64,000 nt of DNA. Source: Lytechinus pictus. Lineage: Eukaryota. The translations under genes and the position numbers were made by a program. The first letter of the stretch is position 1; each line of letters starts with the position of its first letter. The stretch is taken from NCBI RefSeq assembly GCF_037042905.1, contig NC_087251.1:35156001-35220000 (forward strand), written 5' to 3'. Below the pieces are notes generated by a model. That model was not told where the DNA came from. It worked only from the letters and a program-made list of their open reading frames with translations, and did not search any database. Below, piece by piece: positions 50,133-63,581 of the stretch.

Positions 50133-52777
50133 TATTTAACTTTAAGCAGAGCCACCCGCTAAATGTTCTTGAACACATACAGTACATATAAAACCACACA
50201 CATTACAACATATTTAATTCTTTCACCAATCATTTGATATAAAAAATAATTTAATTTGGCAAGGTGTTACAGATCAAATGATTTGTGGCAACAATCATTG
50301 ATTAATCAACACCTTCTTGACAAAAATAAACATGAACAGCAAACAAAAACGATATTTAATGGCAGTTACAAATACACACTAAACACATTAAAAAAAATCT
50401 GCATCTTCTCTTTCTGATTGACACAATCCTTAAACGGTATCGGTATGTTCAAACTAAAGTAAAAGGATTAATTTCTACAGAAACTTTCACAAAATGGAAC
50501 AAAATCCACCTTAGAATTACTGTATAACAACACAATAACAAAATAACAATGAATTGAAATTCTACGAATGATGAACTGTAACACATTACCTGTATGTTTT
50601 GTTTTGTTCAATGCCACATGTAGTCCATTCCAATCTTCAAACAAAGTAATATTTTCACTTTTGTGCTGAAGTTTAAATGTGTGTTGTTTAGTATTAGCAA
50701 AAGTTTGTGCTCATTAAATAGTCGAGCTCAGCTGTGCAACCATTAACAACAAATGACAAGATGAAATTGATTACTACTGCAAAAACATGAAAATAAATTC
50801 TCAGAAGAAACATATAAAATGGTAAATTGAAAATATTTGAATAACCTTTATTGAAATGGCAGAAAATGTTATTTTACTTAGAAGGAAACATCATGAATTC
50901 TAAGCAAATAGTGGTAATTCAAAACATACAGGAGTTGAGATTGTGATGTTCAAGTTTGTACATAAATAAACAGGTATCCATATGGAATGCATAGACAACA
51001 ATCAATGCAGATTATATTATGAATTGATCATATTTCTATTAAAAAGTGCACACTAATAGCTTGCTACTACTAAAAACAGGTTTAGTTATTCATTTATAAT
51101 GTATTTTCTTTCCCTAAAAATCTGGATTTTGTCAAAAAACTGTAATAATGCAAACTACACTTAACATATTTGTATATCAACAATTTACAAATGGATTGAT
51201 AGAATACATGGATCTTTTTTATTTTGTATGTTTCTACAGCAGATATTTTGCCAAAACTATTCATAACTTTCTAGCTGAAACTTGCAACTAGTGATAGTCA
51301 TAAGGCAAATATCTATATTATTTCTAATTTTCATGTAAAAATGAAATTTTCGAAAACTGTCTCTTCATATCAGAATAGCTCTTCCTCTATACATGCTTGT
51401 AAATCAAGGCCTACCGTCAAAATTGGGGTGTGGGAGATGCAAAAAAAAATGAATAAATAAAAGAATTTAATAAAGTGAGGATTGCATACAGTTTCAACAG
51501 CTTTTTCATTGTACATGCACTTGATGCTCTTCATCTTATTCTTTGAATCTGTGAGGGTTTAAAAACACAGTTCATTCATTTTGACTATCTAAATAGAAAA
51601 AAAAAACACTAAAATTCAGTTGAATTTTACAAAACAAATTCCAGTAGAATACATGTAGGCCTATTGTACATGTAAATATGAAATAAGTGAGAAAAAAAAA
51701 TCAAAAAATTGAATTAAACAAAATGCAGTTTAAATAAATCCAACCCAATCAAATCAGAACTCCTACTCACTGGCATTTCTGAACATTCTATGATGAAAAA
51801 TACAATGTACATGGTTTTGAATACCAATTATTGGTTCTCAATACAACCTACAATGGCAGGGTCATTGTACATACATGCACATGAAAATGAACTCTCCTGC
51901 CACTATATGTAAATTTATAAGGGTGAAATACAGTACTATCATAAATTTAATAGCATGTACATTAGAATAAGCAATCAAGTTACCTTTTAAAAAAACAAGG
52001 TCATGCCTGAATCATTCAGTAATTTTCCTCCATGCCCAAGTTAAATTTCACTGCATCCCAGTGAGAAGCTTATAATAAACAGTCTGAAAGAACATACAAT
52101 ATCAACAAGGAATGTCATCAATGTGAAATGCATAGAACTACATGTACTAAGTGAACATGAAGCTAATCTAACATGTAGTTTGAGTTTTAAATTGCAGTTC
52201 AAGAAAATATCCTCTCATCATCTACTCAAATTGACATGCATTGACAATGTTCACCATCACTTTAAACAAAAATGGATGACCATCATTTTGTACAAGGAAT
52301 CCAGTCCTTCAATAAAAATTATACTTTTACCAAAATCAATGTACATGTAGCAGATATATGATTTAATCTGGATGGGTGATATTTGTTAAAGGCACTTGTT
52401 TACATATCAATACCTTGATCAATTGACCCATGATAATAACAGGTTACCATACATGTAAATTGTATTAAACATAACATCATGTATAAAATCATTACAACTT
52501 AATATTTTGATAATTCCAGTAACTACATACTTATTTCATTTATTACATGTACATACATACTTATTTCGTATGTAATGATACCCCTTTAAAAAGTTTCTGA
52601 AAAATAAAATTAAAAATATCTTTTGTAAAAAAACCCCACCAAAAACACCCTGGACCCGGAAAACAAAGGAGTGAAAAATATTAACTTTTTATATCATTAT
52701 AGTATCTTGCTTTAATACATGTTACTCATTAGTGATTTTTTCAAAGTAATTTAGAGCAAAAATGTGTTTTCCCATTG

Positions 52778-53290
52778 CTAAAGTGCTATATCTAGTACAA
52801 ACTCCAGAATTTTGAGGAGAAAGAGCCATCCCGGATGTTCATCCTCTTCAGGAGTATCAAATCGATGAGGCTCTGGAAAATTAGCATCATTCTGTGCAGC
52901 ATCCCGGGTATCCAAATAGACAGAACATCTGAACCTGGTTTCCGGGTACCTCGGGTGTCCATAAATCGCTATGGCAGTGGGCCGTTTGAAGCTCTCAGGA
53001 ATATCCACATAGTCTTCACCGCAGGTAACAGATTTAAAATCATAATCTTCAAAACTGGGCTTGGAGTTGGCCTGTGACACATAAATATCTGCATCTCCTG
53101 ACAGGGTTTCCACAAATATTCTCACATTGCCCTGTCTAGAAAGCTTGAAGTAGCTGTAGTTCCCGGGACCGATGTCATCAACAAAGGACTGAAGAAGGTA
53201 AAAGTAGCTTTCCGGTTCCATTGAGAAGCATCCGCGGATCTCCAGAGATACAGCATACATAAGCAGCAATGCATACTTGAAGAAATTCAT
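52778..53290 (-). CDS. C6orf120: UPF0669 protein C6orf120 homolog, single coding exon, 170 aa
   Basis: ATG at 53290. Signal-peptide-like N-terminus; motifs IGPGNYSYF, LSGDADIYVS, PSFEDYDFKSVTCGEDYVDIP, RPTAIAIYGHP and C-terminal ILEFVLDIAL are typical of the family. Acceptor (minus strand) at 53359-53360. Confidence 0.92.
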   Translation of the reverse strand: MNFFKYALLLMYAVSLEIRGCFSMEPESYFYLLQSFVDDIGPGNYSYFKLSRQGNVRIFVETLSGDADIYVSQANSKPSFEDYDFKSVTCGEDYVDIPESFKRPTAIAIYGHPRYPETRFRCSVYLDTRDAAQNDANFPEPHRFDTPEEDEHPGWLFLLKILEFVLDIAL

Positions 53291-54791
53291 TTTGATCAAG
53301 GCTACACAAAGTGCATCTCCCTATTGGGGTAATGGGATGCAGCATTCAAGTTGCAGATCTAGAATTAAAATGAAGAAAAATAGGTATTCAAAAAATATAT
53401 AAAAATGAATTCAAACCAAAAAACTGTAGCTTATGATGGGGGCCCTACATGTCTGCACACCTGAAATTCAATTTAAGATTAAATCTGAATTTCTTTTTCT
53501 TCCACAAAATATTTCAGTTGATAATGTTCCTTGTATTCTTATGAGTGAATGTGCCCAAAATTTTGGGAGAAATGTATGATTTTCTTGGAAAAAACCTTGG
53601 TTGGTAATTTTCAGATTGAACACAAAAGTAGTGCCACTTGTCTGTGCATCCATTCACTTTACACAAGATTCAGGGATTTTGACGAGAAAGGCTGCATTTT
53701 GAGGCTGTTACATCGATTGCCTGAAATTCAATAATTTCCCATCATTTTGAGTCAGATTTTTAAAATAATATCTCGGGTGTAAGGTTTGCAGTCGTTGCAT
53801 ATCTTCTTTCAATAGAATCGTGCAGATACATGTGTGCGCAGACTTGGGGGACCTTACCATACAATAAATATGGAATGTAAGATTATCCGTCTCTCTCTCT
53901 CTCTTGTATCAGAGATCGCTGATATCAGTTCAACATAACTGGAGACACTTTCTACATGCATGAGTTTTTATAACTAGAAATGTTGCTGAGCTGAGAAGGT
54001 AAAATTTAATGAGAAACATATCATGATTTAACATCAGAACCTTGTTTGTGCGTATCCCCGGGGGGGGGGGGGAGGCACTCAAATTATTTTTTGATGGGGA
54101 TATGCCTCACGAAACCCTGAAATGGGGGTCTAAGGAACTGACCACAAGGGAACTTGGGAACTTAATATATACTGGGCGGTGTGAAAAACAGGGTCTACAG
54201 AACGGGATCGCGGTACAGTGGGTACGGAGGAGGGGGGGGTAGTCTATCCGGACCCTTTTCTGCTTTTTTTTTTTTGGGGGGGGATGAATCGCTCTGCTCC
54301 ATCTCAACTTGAAGTGTTCATTCAGGAAACTTTTTCTTAATTTTCATACGAGATCAAGGTTCACAATCACTAGAGGTATTGGTCAGAAAATTGGGATCAT
54401 CCAAGTTTACTTACAGGGACTATCTCGGTTTTGAAAGATTTCTCCACACAAGAAATCTAGGAAAGTTCAATCTCCTGTCAAGTGCCGAAACCATATGTAA
54501 CATATCAGGTTTCATAACAAGATTTTTGGAAGATGGCAAGTCGTGAAAAATAGACGGTGAACTGGGGGGAATTGAGGTCACTGAATCTATTTTTAGCACT
54601 CTCAATCGTAATTGCCATCTTTTATAACCTCGTACATAGGATGAGTGGTCCCGCAGGCGCAGGGCCCCCATGGGTGCATCTCTGCCGCCGTGTACAGGAA
54701 AATTGAAGGCACGGCGCATTCAACAATACTAAACATTTCCCGCAAATTTAATAAGACGATTTACAGAATGAAGTCCTCCTACGAAACTTAC

Positions 54792-54960
54792 CAAACGATG
54801 TGAAGTCAATTCCTCCTAATATGATGAATATCCCTCAAATAGCGTAATTTAAGCGTTGATTTTTCTTCTCGTTGACAAAATACGGCCCAACCTTGCGAGT
54901 TCTCAAATTTTTTCGTCTAATGAGCGAAAGAGGGCGCGCGATTTATCTTAATATCAAAGA
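54792..54960 (-). promoter_or_regulatory. Probable non-coding first exon / promoter of the C6orf120 homolog
   Basis: Minus-strand donor TTTG|GTAAGT at 54792/54791 within a CpG-enriched patch (54600-54960). The upstream boundary is approximate. Confidence 0.5.
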
Positions 54961-56079
54961 CACTACAAGGGAAAGACTAGACACAAAAACTATCTTACAC
55001 GTAAATCGATGCAAAGCGTTACACGAAGTCGGCAAAGTGTCCAATCTGTTTACTGTAAAGACTTTGGTGGAACGTTAATTGACATGAAACAATTTTCTTT
55101 ATTTTTTTTTAAATTTGTCATTGCTTTGAATATTTTCCAAAAAGTATTATCGTCAGCAAAAATAATAAAAAAGTACGTTTTTTAAGTTATTGCATTTATT
55201 GGTGTCTCTTTTTTATCAAACAATCATTGGAATTGCGCATACAATGAATCAAGAATCTAGTTTTAAAAATACCGACAAGCTCAATTAAGGTTGTGAACTG
55301 TATTAGCGCCAACAACAACCTTCCTTTTATTTCCGTGGAAGAAACATGCGAAGTCACTTTCCAGGCCGAGGTAAGCAATTTTGCTCTTTTTTGTTGTCCT
55401 TTTTAAATAAAAAAATATGTTAAAAATTGAAAATGGAACGCTTTTCACCAGAAAAAGCCCTGGTGAGTAGCGGAATGGGTTTTCGGCTAACATCACTCTC
55501 TCTCTTAGGTGATCCCTCCACTGTTTTGGAGATTCTAAAATCTCATTCACGTTATGAAGTGATGTTAACGACAACTCTAAAATCCATCGCATAAACGTGT
55601 TGGTTGTGCGAGGTTAGTATACTAACCTCGCAATACGTGTGAGTGGGCCCAGGGTACATGTAACTGTAAGTGAAAAAAAATATTGTCCTCATAACTAATA
55701 AGGCATAAACAGTAGATATACATGATTTCCTTGTTTTCTGGGACAATCCCAATTTTCTGACCAGTGCTTCTACTGACAACAATCAAAGTAAAAAAGTCTG
55801 AAAGACAAAGTAAGATTAGAATCTCATTTAGTAATTATCACAATGAATCATCATCATCATGCCAGGCCCAAGCCAAGGGCAAGGCACTGTCTGTCAATTG
55901 TCTTGACTCAATGACAATGTGCTTCTCTCTCAGTCTCAGTCAGAGTCTCGATTGTCTCTCTCTCTGAATAGTAGGTCTAAGCCATACCATTTTTATTTTA
56001 TTTTGGCAGGAGTACATGCCAGGCACTCGTAGTACCAATGGCAATGAGGTCCTAACATTATTAAGGCAGAAGCATTTCT

Positions 56080-56299
56080 GCAGTGGCCAGTGCAGTGCAG
56101 CGCAGGCGGGCACAGAAATATACGCGCCGTGTTCCCCAAGGGCAGCAAGGCCCACATTAAAATAAAGGTATGGGACTTGATTGTAAAATTGCGTAAAAAT
56201 AAACTCGCTGTAAAAGGTTAAAAATATCATTCTCACGCTGTGACATCAAACGATCAAAATAACTCTTAAACTATCAATTATTTTAAACACTCTTCGCAG
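56080..56299 (+). promoter_or_regulatory. Probable promoter / non-coding first exon of the DMAC1 homolog
   Basis: CpG-rich stretch (gcgcaggcggg, tacgcgccg) ending at consensus donor CGCAG|GTAAGT at 56299/56300; matching acceptor tttttag at 57248. Confidence 0.5.
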
Positions 56300-57282
56300 G
56301 TAAGTTTACCTTCAGACCGTTAGTTTAATGATGAAAATCCAAGAAGATTTTTCAGGGCTCGATATGTACCGTTCAAACTTCAATCGTGACTAAAATAATC
56401 GGCAATTTTTAAAAATTTACCCGATATACTAGTACAAGTTCCTCATGATTGCTTCAACATTTCTAAAATGATCGACAACTTCTACGCATCGTAACTTACC
56501 TCAGTTCTACGAGACATTTTCGTGCATGCACATGATCTAGATCATCTAGTAGGTGTGAGTGCTTAATGCTTCGAGTTTTGGAGTTGGAAGCACACCTCGT
56601 AGTGGTGGTTGGAAGTAGATCTACAATACATGTAGATCTAGAATCTAGATCTTAATTGGAAGAAGCTCTGCGCCTGTCCATTTGATCAGGAGTGCAGTGG
56701 GCTGAGAGTGAGAGTGAAATTGATACACTGCCACTGGTCACTGCGTTGGTACGTCATGTACGTGTACCTCAATTTTCTAATTTTCTATTCTTTTCTAACT
56801 TAGACAAAGTTATGGCGTAGTTATTATTAGTAGTTCCAGGGGCAGGGCTGGGAGTTAAACTTAAAAAATGTTAAAACTAAAACTAGTAAAGAGTTAAGAG
56901 TATTGATGTTTAAAAAGGCCATGACCCAGTGTGAGTTTCAGAACTTTCAATCTATCTGCCTGTGTATCCTAGCCTAGGCCTAGCCAACTGAATCATGGAC
57001 ACATTTGCATCAAACCCAGGGTCAGGGCAGGTTAGTATACTAATACTAACCTCGCAATATACGTGTGAGTGGGGTCAGGGAGCTCCGGCCCGCAAAGCGG
57101 GCCGGAGCTCTCCGAGTTACTTTGCATCTTGATTGAACATAGTTTTTCATCTTGAGCATCAGTCATGAAAATATCGCCAAACCTGCATGCTTATCACGAT
57201 CAGTAATGCATTTCATTTTATGTCTTAAACTTTTTATCTTCTTTTTAGAGATTTAAATTAAGGAAAGCTATATGTACAAAGA

Positions 57283-57532
57283 ATGACGGAAGGTGGCAGT
57301 GTTGGAGAGAATGACCCAGCTCAAGGTGATGCAGGTCAACCCGAAAGTTGGTGGAAAAAACAGAGGAGAGAAGCTGCCTCATTTTCTGTGGAAGACTGTC
57401 CAGAATGCAGATATGTAGGAGGTTTTGGCATGTATGGAGCTGCATTGTACGTGGGATATACAAGTATCAGAAGGCAGAAACTGGCAGGAAGAACATTATG
57501 GGGTGCTGTACCGGCTCTTACTGTATCTGCTG
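57283..57532 (+). CDS. DMAC1: DMAC1/TMEM261 (DUF4536) homolog, coding exon 1
   Basis: MTEGG...EDCPECRYVGGFGMYGAALYVGY...WGAVPALTVSA: CxxC motif followed by a hydrophobic segment typical of DMAC1; donor gctg|gtaag. Confidence 0.8.
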
Positions 57533-58318
57533 GTAAGTATTTGGACATACAGCACAGCAAAAAAGTCTTAATAGTTTGTTTACAATGTTGAATATCATCC
57601 ATTGAAAATTAATGACTGCTGGTATCAAAGGAGGAATAACACTTTTTGTTAACTTATTACAGGATTTCTTTTCAAGGCAGTGTGTTCAAAACGTAAATAA
57701 TTTTTTTGAGAGGTCTCTTGACTGATATAACTTTGCACCCTTCCCAAAATAAAATAATGAATTATAAAGCAATACAATTGAAAACAAATATTAGAAGAAA
57801 AATCCCAGAAGCGAACAACAAAAAAGCTGTTGTCTTTTTACCAAGAAAATTGCTTAAATAAGAATCCATCATTAAGTGTGGATACATATTGTATTCAAAC
57901 ATTGGCCCAAATTTTCACTCGTTAGAAAAATAATTTAAGATATTGCAATTGGTTTTTACAACTTACATATTTGTAATAAATGACAAAATATTTGTTCTTT
58001 GTTCAAATCTGTCAAGGAAAGGGAACAGCCATTAGAAGTTTTTGAACAGTATGACGTTTTCTGTTATTCACCAGTTAAAAATACTTTGAATGGTTATTCA
58101 ATACTGGTCTTGGTAAACTACGCCTCAATATACAAAATGCGGTTTTCTTAATTTTTCACAAATATTTTTTATTATTTTTTTTATCTGATATGATCTTTTG
58201 ATAATTACAAGTTTCTGACTCATAAAAAAAATAATATTTTGGGAAAAAATTGACAGAGTATTAGTATATAAAAACAAGTATAAATTGGATGATTATTTCC
58301 TTTTTTCTTCTCTTACAG

Positions 58319-58470
58319 TAATGGTTGGTCTTGGAACTGCCCGTCTTCTTCGCATCAACCCCTTCAGTAGCAGTGGCAATGAGTTGGGGATAGACCTGGT
58401 TGACCAAGCTCTTCGGAACCTTGCACAACCAGCAGACAATGAACACAAAAATGACAATGTGGAGAGATGA
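58319..58470 (+). CDS. DMAC1: DMAC1/TMEM261 homolog, coding exon 2 (133 aa total)
   Basis: ttacag|ta; continues in frame (V)MVGLGTARLLRINPFSSSGNELG...NVER-stop, completing the second hydrophobic segment. Confidence 0.8.
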
Positions 58471-59061
58471 TGAAAACTTAGTTTTCCAGAGACAATAGTT
58501 TTGTTTTGTAAATGGATCATAAAAATGTATTTGCTAAAATGATAGCTCAAGGCTCAAGTCATCATGAGAAGGACATTATTGGCTGTACAGAATAGGCAAG
58601 TATTTCTTCATGCCAGGAGCAGCCGATAATGTTAATGTCTCGTCAGATTATTCTTTTAAATGTCATCTTGAGTCACATTATGCGGGGGGGGGGGGGGTAC
58701 AGGGATACTGACATTCATTTGGTGTACAAGGATGTTCTCACTGTTTTTTTTTAAAGAATGATCCTTGAACAATTTTTACAGAAAAGCACAAGATCCTTGA
58801 AGTTATTTTGTTATAATCATGTACACTGGACCTTCTTTGTGTTATAAGGAAATATTCAAGCCAAAGACCGGACTTATTCCTTTGATTAATCTGTGCCCCT
58901 GTTTATGATGGTACTTACATTGTAATTGAATACGTCCATGAAAATTTGCCTGTTGATGACACCTCTGTTAATTGCTGATATTGAGGTGTACAGACAGGGA
59001 GCAGTACATGTACCTGTAGGCAAATGGTCATTATTAACATTCAATCATATCACCCTCTTAA

Positions 59062-59628
59062 AGGTCAAGTCCACCTCAGAAAAATGTTGATTTGAATCAA
59101 TAGAGAAAAATCAGACAAGCACAATGCTGAAAATTTCATCAAAATCGGATGTAAAACAAGAAAGTTATGACATTTCAAAGTTTGGCTTATTTTTAACAAA
59201 ATAGTTATATGAAAGAGCCAGTTACATTCAAATGAGAGAGTTGATGACGTCACTCACTCACTATTTCTTTTGTTTTTTATTGTTTGAATTATTCAATATA
59301 TCAATTTTTACGAATTTGACGACTAGGACCTCCTTGCCTGAAGCACAAAATATTAAAATAATGGAATTCCAAGTGTTCAGGGAGGAATGAAACTTCATTT
59401 TACATGACAATAAAATACAAAAGAAATAGTGAGTGAGTGATGTCATCGACTCTCTCATTTGGATGTAACTGGCTCGTTCATATAACTATTTTGTTAAAAA
59501 TAAGCGGAAATTTGAAATGACATAACTTTCTTATTTTACATCCGATTTTGATGAAATTTTCAGCATTGTGCTTGTCTGATTTTTCTCTTTTTATTCAAAT
59601 CAAGTTTTTGTTTGGGTGGACTTGTCCT
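59062..59628. mobile_element. TTAA-targeting foldback MITE family C (Kolobok-like), copy 2
   Basis: TTAA|aggtcaagtccacc...ggtggacttgtcct|TTAA; homologous to 45332-45926. Confidence 0.88.
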
Positions 59629-60771
59629 TTAAAGATCATCACCTGTACCTTGGCAAAAAGTAAATTACATGTATGTACAAGTGAATATGTAGACAATATC
59701 ATAAATAATATTTGTCTGCTAGTTGAAATTGATGACAGACATTACATTGATTACATGTGCAATGAAACTTGTCAGTGACCACCCAAGGATAATACCAAAA
59801 GTGGCCCATATAGACAGGTGGCTGCTATAGGCATGTTCTCTTACACACAAGCTGCCTCCATAGAAATTGGTTTTAGTGTAGGCTGATGGCCACTAACACA
59901 TGTAGGTTAAAATGTATTTGTTTTATCTAGATGTGAGATGTCTGTGCTATTTTGTAGAATTTGCACCAATGCAGGAGACTGTAGTTACAAACTACTTTCC
60001 TCTGTATTTCTGACAGGGATATGTATGTTTCTCAGTACAATGATGATGACAAGGAGATGACAATGTGATGGCCTCATTATCAGTCCATAATCCATATTGT
60101 TGGTGTACAGTCCTTCATGTAAGTTTTACATCAATCATATGGAAGTGTTGATATTTAGAGACTGATTAATGGATTGGAAATAGATAATGTACCCTTCTGT
60201 CAATTACACACATACATGTACAGCAAACAACATCATTTTATTTTTATTTCTTTTGTTCTCATTGGGTTTTTATATCTTCAGAGTGATGGAAATAGAAACC
60301 ATACATAAGTTTTGTATTTTGGATTTAGAAAATGAGGGTTATTCTTTATCGACATTTTGCAAATTTGAATTTTGGATGATGCACTTTTTGTAAGCAAACA
60401 TTTCATATGTGTGCTATGCTCCAGCATGGAACTCTACATGTAGAGATATTCTTAAGTTGATATGAAGTATATGAGGAATGGGAGATGGATCCTCCCTCCC
60501 CCCCTTAACAAAAAAATATGAGAGAAACTGAGAAAATATATAAAATGAAGATACCTGTTATGGTCAAAACAGGGAAAATGGAGGAAGGACATATCAAGGT
60601 GAGAAATGATGTAATCATTTGTATCAGGGGAAAATACTGACTTCTCGATGAGGATAATGATTGTGATGATGATGTTGATGATGATGATGATTATGATTCT
60701 GTTGTTACTTTTTCTGAAGGTAATTTATCACTATGAGGAGGTGCCTCATTCTTCAGGCTGAAAATAATTAA

Positions 60772-62129
60772 AGGGGAAGTTCACCCTGAAGAAAATTTTG
60801 TTGTAAAAATGCAGAAAAATAATAAAAAATATTGGTTAAAGTTGGGGAAAATCCATTAAAGATTAAGAAAGTTATTATAATTTTATAAGTTTTGAATTTG
60901 TGACGTCACAAACAAGCAACTGCCCCATATATATTTAATTCAAAAATGCATAAATATCAATTTTTGTCTCGCCTGCATAGCAGAGCGAGACTATAGGCGC
61001 CGCTTTTCCGACGGCGGCGGCGGCGTCAACATCAAATCTTAACCTAAGGTTAAGTTTTTGAAATGACATCATAACTTAGAAAGTATATGGACCTAGTTCA
61101 TGAAACTTGGACATAAGGTTAATCAAGTATTACTGAACATCCTGCCTGAGTTTCAGGTCACATGACCAAGGTCAAAGGTCATTTAGGGTCAATGAACTTA
61201 GACCATGTTGGGAAAATTATTTTCAAAATCTTAACCGAAGGTTAAGTTTTTGAAATGACATCATAACTTAAAAAGTATATGGACCTAGTTCATGAAACTT
61301 GGGCATAAGGTTAATCAAGTATTAGTAAACATCCTGCTCGAGTTTCAGGTCACATGACCAAGGTCAAAGGTAATTTAGGGTCAATGAACTTAGACCATGT
61401 TGGGAAAATTATTTTCAAAATCTTAACCGAAGGTTAAGTTTTTGAAATGACATCATAACTTAAAAAGTATATGGACCTAGTTCATGAAACTTGGGCATAA
61501 GGTTAATCAAGTATTAGTAAACATCCTGCTCGAGTTTCAGGTCACATGACCAAGGTCAAAGGTCATTTAGGGTCAATGAACTTTGGTCAAGTTGGGGGTA
61601 TTTGTTGAATTACTATCATAACTTTGAAAGTTTATGGATAGAGTGAATGAAATGTGGACATGGGTGTAGTTGACAGTCTTAAGTCTCCGTTCAAATGTCA
61701 TTTATGGTCAATGAACGTGGTATTATGTCATTATATGAATGATTATTTTATAGTAGTTTTCAAAATTAGCGCTGCTGCTATATTAAATTGCGTAATGCAG
61801 GCGAGACTGCCAGAGGCGTTCCACTTGTTAATGGTTTGTGATGACTTATTTTTGTTTCCTTTTTAGGAACGGGTGTGAAATGATTTTTCTATTGATATAC
61901 TGAAGGTACAGTAAAAACCATTTTCAATTTTCTGGGAAAATGACATTTTATTGATTTTATATGATATGATATGGAAGAAAGCTTCTTGCATATGACGTCA
62001 CACATCAAATAATTAAAATTGTAATAACTTTTCTATTCTTCGATGGATTTTCTTAAACCTTTTGCAATATAATATTTTTACTTTTCTGCTATTTTTACAA
62101 GAAACTTTTTGTCAGGGTGAACTTTCCCT
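60772..62129. mobile_element. TTAA-targeting non-autonomous transposon (Kolobok-like) hosting a nested element
   Basis: TTAA|aggggaagttcaccctga...tcagggtgaactttccct|TTAA. Confidence 0.85.
60966..61829 (+). mobile_element. Helentron-associated (HINE-like) element with 192-bp internal tandem array
   Basis: Inserted in a T run; subterminal inverted repeat gtctcgcctgc / gcaggcgagac; (GGC)n microsatellite; units start at 61037, 61229 and 61421; ends ccacttgtt. Confidence 0.85.
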
Positions 62130-63581
62130 TTAAAGACAATTTAAAAAAAAAGATTGATCATCATGCCCGCCAAATCCCTCTTATCGTTGGAAAGTACACC
62201 AATCGCAGCACTGCGCCCCAAACAACTGAAACAACAACAAAACCGGGGAGTGTGCTGTCATTTTTTAATATACAGGGGGAAACTGCATCAGAAACATGTG
62301 GGGGAATTGAATAAAATGATATGGCAAGGGGGTGGGGCATTTTATGAAATCTTATGAAATGAATGTTAATTCCATAAAACAGTGAGGGTAAAATTGTGCA
62401 ATTTTTGACATTGCCTCAACTGCTGTACCATGCCCCCAACAAGGGCGTAATGAGCCCAAAAAAATTGAGAGGGCCGGGGGGTGGATGAAGCAAAAGTTCT
62501 AAAAAGATGCAAGCGAGCAAAAATTTGACACTTTAAATTTAAAAAATATCTAATTTTTGAATAGATTTTGACATAATATTTAATTCATCTCCCTTTATCT
62601 TTCTTATTCTCCTTTTTTTTTTTGGGGGGGGGGAGTGTTAAACTTTTGGGGGGCTGTGGGGCCCCAAAGCCCCCCCCCCCCTGTACGCTAGTGCACTTCA
62701 AGTAAACTGAAACAAAGCAAAAATGCGAAAGTGTGCTGTCATTTTTTAATCTACAGCAGGCTACAGGGAGAAAAACATGCTTCAAAGTTCTAAGGAGAAA
62801 TAAAATAAAAGATGATAATATCTCAGCGGTGGCAAAGAAGTGTCATTTCATGTAATCTTATGAAATGAATTTTAATGGTATCATAAAACGGGATTTGGGT
62901 GAAATTGCGCCATTTCAAATTACTAAATTGGAGGTAACGTGCATTTGGGTTATGTAGGTTATGCGATACTGTATACTGAACAAACACAAAGTAAATGTGT
63001 ATCACATTTAGCTCTATAAAGGGTAGAATCACGTTAGAAATAAAGTCCTCCGACTTTTACAAGTGACTAAAATGTATTTGCCGATCGAGGGCGGCAATTC
63101 TCTATGGCAGAGATGTATTTTGCCATCTTCGATCATTCATTTAATCCACTTCAAATCAATTACAGACCGATAACATTTTCAACTTATCAATATTCATAGC
63201 AGATGATTATATACAAAGAACAAGTTAATGGCTTACCGAAAGGGAAATACGTCAAAAAGCAATTAAATGTAAAAATTCAGAACAAGCATCTCCTTTGTCT
63301 CCCCCATTTCCTTTTTTTTCATTTCCTGTTTTCTCTCGCTTTATATCCATCGTTAAAAAATAACTTGTCTTCCTCCCCCTGTCCGTGCGCCCACCCTATC
63401 TTTCCTACCCTGATTTCACATTAACAGAGACTCTCACGATTGTGAATCTAACAATTTTTTTTCCTGCTTGTGCTTGAAAAATTATTCGTAAAGTAAACTC
63501 ATTATGCAGTGCACACTTTCAAGGATTTGTCTCTATAAACGTCGAACATAAAAGTATAATGTAAAGTGTATCGAATGTAAG

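Noticed and set aside
53291..53299. ORF-track start MIK for C6orf120
   Set aside because: It is a TTG start from a bacterial-style ORF caller; the first in-frame ATG is at 53290.
61037..61600. CRISPR-like array
   Set aside because: Head-to-tail tandem units with no unique spacers, in a eukaryotic context with no cas genes.
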